Source of the DNA: Caecitellus pseudoparvulus
Taxonomy: Eukaryota > Protista > Bigyra: Bicosoecida
Length of the DNA stretch: 64,000 bases
NCBI GenBank assembly: GCA_965644315.1
Contig: CBFFRQ010000040.1
Span: 62,001 to 126,000, forward strand
Reading direction: 5' to 3'
Shown: positions 39,401 through 47,600 of the stretch, one piece after another
Position numbering within the stretch: the stretch's first letter is position 1
Layout of the letters: each line of letters starts with the position of its first letter
Made by a program: the position numbers and the translations under genes
The notes under the pieces: model-generated
Databases searched by the model: none
Told to the model about the DNA's origin: nothing
The model's input: only the letters and a program-made list of their open reading frames with translations

Positions 39401-41830
39401 AGTCCTTCCACTGCCCCAACGGTATTCATCACAGCCATCCCTCGCACCTCCACATCACCCTCCCCTTTCCTTCCCCGCTCGGCTTGGGCGCTCACCCACC
39501 CCTCCATCAACCCCTCACCAGCTCCCTACACCGTCCCCCGCTTCTCATCACAGCTCGCATGTGCTGATCACTGCTCCTCCCCACAAGCCATCATCCTCCC
39601 CTGCCCTCGACCAGGCTCATGCCTCCCCCACTCCGACGTGCGCCTCCTCACAGGCTGCCAGCCTGGACACCGCGGCCTCGCATGCCAAGCCTGTGACGAC
39701 GGCTGGGCTGCTACCTCCCCCTGCACCACCTGCCGCCAGTGTCCCTACAATGGCGTGGCGCCAGGTATCGTCAAGGCTGGCACGACAGCCACACAGATGG
39801 CGCTGGGACTGGCCATGTCCCTCTTCGCAGTGCACGGCTATGCACGTGCTCCAGACCGTGTCGCGACGAGCCTGTTCAGTGGCGGCCTGCGCCTGGCCAT
39901 GTGGTACATCGGCATGGCGGGGCAGGTGGCGTTGTTGGCTGCCGACACGCCAGGCACACTGCAGGCGACAGCCCACACCCTGGGCCACTGGGCCGACGTC
40001 TGTGGCATGGCCCAGCCGTGGCGAGATGGCCAAGGCCAGACTATGCTGCCCAACGGCACCATGTACGCCAGCCAGCCTGAGCCAGCCCAAGGCGTCGATG
40101 TCCTGGGCATCCTGGGCGCACTCACAGGGCGAGCTGGCGTCGCGACAATGCCAGGTGCAGGGTGCCTCGTGGGCGGAGGCGACAGCCGCAGCCCGCATGA
40201 CACCACCAACATCATCATGGCCGTGTACGGCGCCGTGCTGCTGTGTGTCAGTGCCGCTGTGCTCTGGTGCGCTCGCCCTGCACCTGGCAAGACCTGGACC
40301 ACCATCCTGCTGCTCCTGGCGCCAGCGGCGTACATGCAGGTGGTGCCCAGTATCATCCAGGGCCAGGCCCGTGTCGTGGGTCTGCAGCCAGTGTGGCGTG
40401 GCATGTCCAGTCCGGACGATGTCGCTGGGCATGCGGCTGACGTGGGCGGGTACGCTGCCTCCCTGACGTTGCAGTGCTTGGCTGCCACAGTGGGTGTGCT
40501 GAGTGTGCTGGCGTGGCGGCAGTGGCGAAGGTCGGAACACCTGCTGCCACGGGGAGCGTCCATTCATGTGTTCTGCAGCAAAGGATACCGCACACAGTAC
40601 ACGCCACAGCAAGCAGTCCGCCTCGCACACGATACAGGCGCAGACAAGGAACTCCAAGCAGCAGCTGTCGCGGCTGCACGTGCCAGTGAGCGTGCCTGCT
40701 GGGGTGCCGGGCGCCTCCTGCCCACACACGCCTTCCCTGCCCTGCAGATGGCCCTCGTCGTCCTCGTGGCGGTCATGGGCAGCATGACGACATCCATCGT
40801 CGCTCGCCTCGTGTGTGTGGGTGTGGGCGTGGCGGGCAGCATGGCCCTTGTGCAGCACCGTCGGCCGTGGGCGCTGGCTGAGCTGACCGACCTGGATGTG
40901 CTGGCCCATGGGGGCATCCTGGTGCAGGTGGTGTGTGTGGGTGTGGGCACGGCGGGTGGCGGACTGGCCACTGCTGCATCCATCATCTCCGGCATCGGGC
41001 ACGTGCTTGTGCTGCTGTGGCTGGCGATGGCTGTCGCTCGAGGGTACAGCGGCCGAGTGCGAGCACTGCTGGCACGTGTGGCTCGGCGCCTGCGAGCGCT
41101 GCTGCCTGAGCTGGGGCCAGCCAGTGCAGGAAGCGGCAGCAGTGGCCAGCTGGGCGATGTGACTGACAGCCAAGTGCCGGGTGTGGGCAGCATTGTGTGG
41201 GTGTTGGCGCAGCGGTGTGTGCGGCGAGGCAAGGTGCGGCCGGCAGCGTCTCGCCCAGCGTCAGATGTGTTGAGTGTGCTGGGCATGGTGCAAGAGCAAG
41301 GACTGACCGTGGAGACTGGCATGGCGGATGTGGTGGGGGGCTCGGGATCAGCTATGGTGGCCATGCCGGCTGGCAGTGCAGCCCAGTTCCCGTCAAACAG
41401 TAGCGCCAGCAAGGGCGGCAAGCACCTCTTGCACTCACTTGACACAGCCACTACTGCCACTGCCCACGGTGTGCATGGCACAAACCCTCTCTTCCGACAC
41501 AGCGGCTCCTCCACACCCTTGCGTGCAGCAAGGCATGCCCCGCAGCCAGCTGCCTCCACAGGCCCACTCCGCTCCAACCGCTCTGCGAGTGTAGGCGCGT
41601 TCCCAGCCCTGCCATCTTCCCGCACCCAGGGCTCGCGAGGTCAAGTTGACCCGTCTACTCTGCTCGAGCACGTGGTGGTGTCTCGTCCAGAACGACACAT
41701 GTCCATTGACCGGAGCTTTGACGACAAGGGACGTGTATCCTTCTCAGCTGCTCGCCTTCAACGCAACTCTATGCGCAGCAGTATCTATGAATCCCAGAGG
41801 TCGAGAAGCAAGAGCATGGCTGTGAAGTAG
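36404..41830 (+). CDS. Intronless LRR receptor: signal-like segment, Cys cap, 24 VLR-like LRR modules, Cys-rich domains, S/T/P stalk, ~9 TM helices, cytoplasmic tail (true start likely 36812 or 36917)
   Basis: 1808-codon ORF. Repeats LTSLPxGVFDxLTxLTxLxLxxND, CQPGHRGLACQACDDGW motif, hydrophobic segments at 39790-41040. Confidence 0.88.
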   Translation: MNRLVCPMPHAPRLEPVFSARKPDLQLSPTSARRRRSIENLRPALQAWCTLTRFTWVKHHKSFPWTYRSCWCDRSSDMMQGSSRVMEVLPARHLHHTHCEALSSCPSEQVLETSQGQRGTVESKGTQERTLLRSPTMEQRSQIGAQPRRHVRRTQAAYWSNWSSRRWWSGWMEWLWLVYMSSILRGVVGGVPGCCDVENDVLMDCNSCTGTSLTISYSTISGINASAFDSLTSLTDLVLYGNDLTSLPVGVFDSLTNLTHLDLNNNDLTSLPLGVFDSLTSLKELDMRFNDLTSLPVGVFDSLTSLTDLYLSHNDLTSLPVGVFDNLTNLTDLHLSRNDLTSLPPGVFDSLTSLTDLHLGSNDLTSLPLGVFDSLTSLTDLHLRYNDLTSLPLGVFDNLTSLTILGLSYNELTSLPEGVFDNLTSLTDLHLSHNDLTSLPVGVFDNLTNLTDLHLSHNDLTSLPLGVFDNLTSLTDLHLGSNDLTSLPEGVFDSLTSLTHLDLSHNDLTSLPPGMFDSLPDLTRLYLSHNDVTSLPVGVFDSLTSLTDLSLTNNDALTSLPVGVFDSLTWLTYLDLTNNDALTSLPVGVFDNLTSLAYLSLTNNDALTSLPVGVFDSLTSLTDLDLRSNDLTSLPVGVFDSLTSLTELDMRYNDLTSLPEGVFDSLTSLTYLDLSVNDLASLPIGVFDSLTSLTDLHLGSNDLTSLPAGVFDSLTSLTYLSLSNNDLTSLPVGVFDNLTSLTDLFLGSNDLTSLPDGVFDSLTSLTLLHLSNNDALTSLPVGVFDSLSSIASLYVYGSPFSSSCPPSSPVAINCSMQHVPVTSHRLCMCSGCPTAPPITNTTLNCHESYSCSTASGDDSFILHDGASVDCSGNASCTSTIMFCTHSSTPTSCSISCTGEGSCIGSTLYGAWNCLSGSCPTVVDVGCVPRQREPLSTPSATPSPTQSPLPSSTPSATLQQAQASPTSNSPSGTSSSSGAPTSSPSVTPSLTPTVSRTAALSPSTAPTVFITAIPRTSTSPSPFLPRSAWALTHPSINPSPAPYTVPRFSSQLACADHCSSPQAIILPCPRPGSCLPHSDVRLLTGCQPGHRGLACQACDDGWAATSPCTTCRQCPYNGVAPGIVKAGTTATQMALGLAMSLFAVHGYARAPDRVATSLFSGGLRLAMWYIGMAGQVALLAADTPGTLQATAHTLGHWADVCGMAQPWRDGQGQTMLPNGTMYASQPEPAQGVDVLGILGALTGRAGVATMPGAGCLVGGGDSRSPHDTTNIIMAVYGAVLLCVSAAVLWCARPAPGKTWTTILLLLAPAAYMQVVPSIIQGQARVVGLQPVWRGMSSPDDVAGHAADVGGYAASLTLQCLAATVGVLSVLAWRQWRRSEHLLPRGASIHVFCSKGYRTQYTPQQAVRLAHDTGADKELQAAAVAAARASERACWGAGRLLPTHAFPALQMALVVLVAVMGSMTTSIVARLVCVGVGVAGSMALVQHRRPWALAELTDLDVLAHGGILVQVVCVGVGTAGGGLATAASIISGIGHVLVLLWLAMAVARGYSGRVRALLARVARRLRALLPELGPASAGSGSSGQLGDVTDSQVPGVGSIVWVLAQRCVRRGKVRPAASRPASDVLSVLGMVQEQGLTVETGMADVVGGSGSAMVAMPAGSAAQFPSNSSASKGGKHLLHSLDTATTATAHGVHGTNPLFRHSGSSTPLRAARHAPQPAASTGPLRSNRSASVGAFPALPSSRTQGSRGQVDPSTLLEHVVVSRPERHMSIDRSFDDKGRVSFSAARLQRNSMRSSIYESQRSRSKSMAVK
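36718..36731 (+). repeat. 14-bp direct repeat, copy 1 (CCCTTCCGAGCAAG)
   Basis: Identical to 42031-42044. Confidence 0.85.
37061..38800 (+). repeat. Coding tandem array: 23 full LRR units (19 x 72 bp, 4 x 75 bp) plus one terminal unit
   Basis: Units counted directly. Core CTGAC(C/A/G)AGCCTGCCTnnnGG(A/C/T/G)GTGTTTGACA(G/A)CCTCACCA(G/A)CCTC repeats. Unit lengths sum exactly to 37061-38728. Confidence 0.95.
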
Positions 41831-42030
41831 GGTCAGCCTGATCTGAGTTTGGCCGATGTGACCCCCGGCTTGTCGCTGAGTTCGACGCGCACTTCACTTC
41901 AGCAGCGCACCTACGACCCACTTGCAAAGGCACACTATCAGCAAGGTCAAATATTCAGCCAAGCGAGGGCCTGCTACATTCCTCAGTGGCCTGATTGAGC
42001 CTCCATGCGGCGAGGCAGCTTGTGGCACAC

Positions 42031-42044
42031 CCCTTCCGAGCAAG
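42031..42044 (+). repeat. 14-bp direct repeat, copy 2 (CCCTTCCGAGCAAG)
   Basis: Identical to 36718-36731. Confidence 0.85.
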
Positions 42045-42348
42045 CAACGACCCCCCTCAGCTTTCACAACCGGCCAGTGCTCCAATCCAGCCTTGAGAAC
42101 AAATCCTTCGCACTTCCCAATCCAAACTCCTTCCCAGTCCTTCACACTCCTCCCTTTGAGTTTGTCACCTTCTCTTCGATTGCAACACACCACCCAAAGT
42201 GAGCCGGTCTTCAGCTGCTGTGCGATGCGACGCTGATGCTGCGCGGGGCAAGTCGTGCTCCCGCCTCAGCTGAGCAGCCTCAAGCTCCCTGCACATAGAA
42301 AGTGAATCAAAACAATTTAATATCCCTTTATTTCCCTCTTTTGCAGGA

Positions 42349-43372
42349 ATGGCGGCCCCGACATCCACAACGGCAGCTGCAGGCGCATCAGCTGATGGTG
42401 GTCAGCTGACCAAGGCAGCTGCGCTGCAAGCCACGCTCCCTGCCAACCTCATCTTCCGGCAGCTGTTTGACCGCGAGTCGTGCACATACACGTACGTTTT
42501 TAATCAGCCACATCAACCTGCTCGCCATCTTCCTTGCCATCTGCTCCCCTTGGCGCTGCTTCACGGCTGCTTGCTCTTTGCTCTTCAGGTATGTGTTGGC
42601 TGATGCGACGACCAAGGAAGGCGTGCTCATCGACCCCGTCGACACCCTCGTGGACCGCGACGTTTCCATCTTGAAGGAGATGGGCATTTCGCTGCAGTAC
42701 GGGCTGAACACGTGAGTGCTGCGGTCTTCAACGCAAACGCCTCCTCTGCTCAAGTCACCGCTCCTCACTTCACACAGGCACGCCCACGCCGATCACATCA
42801 CGGGCACACACCTGCTGCGTGAGCACTTCCCCGGTATGAAGTCCGTGCTTGCCAAGGCGAGCGGCGGCAAGGCTGACGTGCTGGTGGCAGATGGCGACGT
42901 GATCACGGTTGGCAGCCTGGCGCTGGAGGTGCGCGCCACACCGGGGCACACGCCAGGCTGCGTCACATACGTTCTGGACGAGGCCATGGCATTCACGGGT
43001 GATGCCCTGTTCGTGCGAGGCTGTGGGCGCACCGACTTTCAGGGGGTGCGTGGTTGAGCAGCGCAAGCATTCGCACCCGCCGCACCGCCCCCCGCTCTCT
43101 CGCCGCAGGGAAGCTCCAAGGACCTGTACACGAGCATCCACTCCAAGCTGTACTCGCTGCCCGACAACTGCCTCGTGTACCCCGGGCACGACTACAAGGG
43201 GCGCACCGTGACGACCATCGGCGAGGAGAAGGCGCACAACCCCCGCCTGCACACCGGCATCTCGGCCGAGGCGTTTGACAAGATCATGGCGGAGCTGGGC
43301 CTGCCCCCTCCCAAGAAGATCGACGAGTCCGTCCCCGCGAACCTGCGTGACGGCGCGCCCGCCTCTGCTTGA
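42349..43372 (+). CDS. ETHE1: Persulfide dioxygenase (metallo-beta-lactamase fold); introns 42492-42588, 42712-42777, 43046-43108
   Basis: [93 protein letters not shown]. Confidence 0.95.
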
Positions 43373-43500
43373 CGCTCGCCGCGAGTTGGCACGTCTCCTC
43401 CCAATGCACGTTTCAAGGCAAAAACCACCCGCTCCGTTGCCCCGCTTTCTCCCCTGATGTTGACGCACCCTGTTTGGCCGGCTCAAGTGACACGAGCAGG

Positions 43501-44632
43501 ATGGCTTCCTCAGCCACTGCCGCCACCGGCATCGTGGTGGGCGGCTCCACAGCTGCGCCAGTGAAGCACACCACGTACGGCACGCTGGCGCACCCTCTCT
43601 GCCGCACAGCTCAACGACTGACTGGCTGTTCCTCTCCTCACAGGCAACCTATTGTGACTGGTACATCTGTCATTGCCATCAAGTACAAGGATGGCGTCAT
43701 GATGGCGGCTGACACGCTGGGTACGTTTCGGCCGCCTGCGTTTCGCCTTGCAACGCCGGCACACACCACGCCGACCTTTCCCAGGCTCGTACGGCGGGCT
43801 GGCTCGCTTCACTGACTTGCGACGGCTGAAGGTGGTGGGCAAGTCCACGCTCATCGGGTGCAGTGGCGAGTACAGCGACTTCCAGTACATCTTGAGCCTG
43901 CTGGACGAGTTGGTGTGAGTGTCGCGGCAGCAGAGTCCGTTGTGGCCGCGCATGCCCTGTGCTGGCTGCCAAGAATCGCCCAAGCTGACCTCCGATGCCA
44001 TTTGAAAGCAAGGGATTGCGTGCCGTATTCTCGCGGGTCCACCTGCAGTGTAGGGCGTGGCGTGTGTTGACTGACGGCTGCCACGCTGTATTTGCGCAGG
44101 GAGGAGGACGCAAATGTCGAGGATGGCCGGGAGCTGACGGCAGAGGAGGTGCACAACTACCTCACACGGGTGATGTACAACCGGAGAAACAAGGGCAACC
44201 CGCTGTGGAACAGCATCGTCGTCGCGGGCGTGGAGGATGGCGTCGCGTGCGTGCGGCCCGCGTTACACCTGCGTTTCTCCAACCCCCCACACGCTTTCTC
44301 ACTGCCTGCGCAGGACCCTGGGCACGGTGGACCACATTGGCACTGCGTACACTGAGGATTTCATCGTGACTGGTTTCGGGGGGCACATGGCCATCCCCCT
44401 GATCCGCGAGTCCTGGAAGCCAGACATGTCCGAGTCTGACGCCCGGGCGTTGGTGGAGGAGTGCATGAAGATCCTGTACTACCGTGACTGCCGCACGATT
44501 AACAAGATCACGCTGGCGAAGATCACGGCAGAGGGCGGCATGGTGTCGGAGCCGTTCACCCTGGCCACCAAGTGGGACTTCCAGTCCTTCATCAAGGCCA
44601 AGGCTGGCGCGGACACGGGCGGGTCGTGGTGA
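43501..44632 (+). CDS. PSMB4: 20S proteasome subunit beta-7 (PRE4/PSMB4); introns 43575-43643, 43721-43784, 43915-44099, 44247-44313
   Basis: TQPIVTGTSVIAIKYKDGVMMAADTLGSYG, GEYSDFQY, YNRRNKGNPLWN, TGFGGHMAIPLIR, LYYRD. Confidence 0.95.
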
Positions 44633-44682
44633 TGCGCTTGTTCCCCGTGCCCGGCTGAGTCCCAGCGCGCAATGCATTTCCA

Positions 44683-47600
44683 TCAACCCTCCTTGCTTTC
44701 GGCGCTGTGTGCAGCATCGGCGGTGGGACTGGCGGCAGCCTGGGCGCGTTGCAAGTGACCCGCACCCACCTTGCACCCGTTGTCAAAGTGACCTGTGTAC
44801 ACGTCGCCGTTGGGGTGCCGAATGGCCCCTGGTCCGTGCCACTGCCCCTCCAGAAAGCCGCCTTCGTACTCGGATCCATCTACATACACTGCCCTTCCCT
44901 GGCCCGTCATGCACCCCTTCTCCCACTCGCCAGCGTAACTGACCAGCCCTTCCAAGCCGTCGCCTCCCGTGCTCTGCACTGACCGCTCCAGGACGCCCTG
45001 TCCGTGCCGCAATCCGTGGGCCCACTCCCCAGTGTACACGGACTGCTCCCCTGTACCCCTGTACTGCATCTTACCTTGGCCGTGCATGGCCCCGCCCCGC
45101 CAGTGCCCGGTGTACACATCTCCCCAATCTCCGTCCAGCACCTCCACCTCCCCAGCACCAACGGACGCAGTGTGGCGAGACAGCGTGCTGAGGTCTGGCT
45201 TCAAGGCTTGCCTGCCGTCTGCCAGCGGGTGCACGCTGCCCTGCAGGGTCCACGTGCAGGTGCCCTGTCCACACTCCACCCCATCTGCCCATTCACCGAC
45301 GTATTTCCTCACGAGGATGGGCGGCTCCATGGCAAACACGGTTGACTCGCCCCGCCCTGACCGTTGGTCCTGCCTCCACATGCCAGTGTACGTGGAGCCG
45401 TTGGCGAGGGTCTCCGTGCCGCGTCCGTTCCGCAGGCCGAACTTGAAGTGACCCGTGTACGTGAAACCGCTCGGGCCCACCAGCGTGCCCACTCCGTGCG
45501 CCTTGCCTCGCTCCAGCTGCCCGTTGTACCGCTGCCCATTCGCGTACACCACTGTGCCCAGCCCCTCGGCCGCATCATCGGCCCACTTTGCCAGCAGCTT
45601 GTCCATGCCAGGCGTGGTGCTCTCCCCAATGCCGGCGCGCTTGCCGAAGCGGAATTCGCCGCGGTACGTCGCGCCGCTGGCCTCGGTCAGCACGCCCTTG
45701 CCGTGCCGCAAATCCTGCGCAAACGCCCCTTCATACACACCCCCATCACACGTCTCCTCTGTGCCATCGCCGTGCCGCATGTCCCCGCGCCACTGCCCGT
45801 CGTACCGCCCGCTGTCGCCGTAACTCACAATACCGTGGCCGCTACGCAGACCGCCCTCCCACGCGCCTTCGTACGTGTCCCCGTTGCTGTACGTCGCCCG
45901 GCCCTGGCCACTGCGGCAGTCCGCACTCCACTGCCCAGCGTAGGTGAGGAGGTGGGGGGGCGGCAAGCCGCCGACTCCTGCATGCTCAGACCGCCCTCCC
46001 CCACGGGGCAACGTCACAGTGTCAGCCAGGCCGCCGAACGCCAGGCCTTGCCCGGGGCTGCCCAACACTTCGTGCCGGGCAGTGGCGCCCACTGTGACCC
46101 CAAGGCCAGACTGACCCCCCCCTGCCCTGGCCACGACGCCCGTTCGGGCAAGGTCCACTCGGAGCCGGGTGGCTGCCAGGGCCTCGCCTGCCTCGTGCAC
46201 AATCTTGAGTTGCACGTCTGTCGGGTTCGTGTACGTCACCTCCTCCATGCGAGGTGCCAGGCGGGCGGGGCGGCTGCGGGTGAAGCCGCCGGGCCCCTGG
46301 GGGGGGGCGGTGTCCCCCCCCTGGACACCCCCTCCCCCAGCAGGCTCAGATCCCAGCGCCGCGGAAGACGCACCATGACCCCCCCCCTCGCCGCCAAGGG
46401 ACGGAAGCGTCGTCTCCAGTGGCGCCTGAGAGGCGCTGGAGGCCACCCCCCCCTCTGCCGCCAGCTCCGCCAGGGAAGCGGAAAGGTCCAGCGTGTCCAG
46501 GGTGCCATTGGGCCGGGGGTGCTCCGGTCCCCCCCCTCCCCCACCTGACTTTTCCTTGGCGGAGGAGATGGCGAAGGAGGAGCCCAGGGTCCAGTCCAGG
46601 GCCGAGGCGGGGGAGAGGAAACCCGGAACAACTGGTCCGTGTTCAGGCGCGCCGCCCTCTGGCAGTTCGCCTGAGAACAGTTCGTCCGGGGACAGGGCGA
46701 AGTGCTCACCCCCCAAGGGGGCATCCCACGAGGGGGGCACCCCAGGGGGGGGGTGGGCCATGGTGCCCTCCCCGCTGCGTTGGCCCCCCACCCACGTCCC
46801 CGTGTACGTGGACCCCGTCGCCGCCCAAGTGCCCACACCTGTCCCATGCGGGCGGTCCGCCCTCCACTCGCCGTCGTACGTGTCTCCGTTCGCGAAGACT
46901 GCGCGACCCTGACCCCCCCTCAGGTGGTCCTGGAAGGCCCCTACGTACTGCGTGCCGTCCGGAAACGTCACACAGCCACTGCCGTGCGCAGGCAAGTTGT
47001 CTGAGCCGACAACAGGGTGGAGATCTGCGACGCTGCCCGAGGGGGGTGCGAGGGGGGGTGCGGGGGGCCACGGGTGCAGGTCAACGGCCCACCCCGCGGG
47101 GTGTGGGCAGGATGGGCCCACCACGCCGCCCAGGACGACCAGACGGGGAACGGGCCGCAGGAGCCCACCTACACCCCCCTCATCTCCCCCTGCACCCACC
47201 TTGGTCTCGCCACCCCCTTCTTCCGCCTGCGCCTTAGCCACGTGAGGTGGCAGGGGCCTGACGTGCTGCATGACAGTCAGACTGTGGCCGTACCGCGACC
47301 CAAGATCGGCCGGCGACCTGGAGCCCGCCAGCTCCTGCCCTGACGCGATGTGGGGTCGCAGGTGGCGCCACACACCCGCCTCTAGGTCCAGCGCCCACAG
47401 ATCGCCAGGCACGGCGCCGGCGTGCCCCGCACCACCGTAAACCACGAGGTGGGGGCTGACAGCCCAGGCGGCATCCCCATCCGCCGGCAGCGATCCACGA
47501 GCAGAGGCCCCCCCGCCTGAGCCGCCCCTGGGCGAGGACTTGCGACCGCCCTTGTCGCGGGGGCTGCGCTTGCGACCGCCTTTGCGACCGCCCTTGCGAC

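Noticed and set aside
41870-41895. GAGTTCGA B-box/T-loop-like motif after the LRR gene
   Set aside because: No cloverleaf or A-box at the appropriate spacing.
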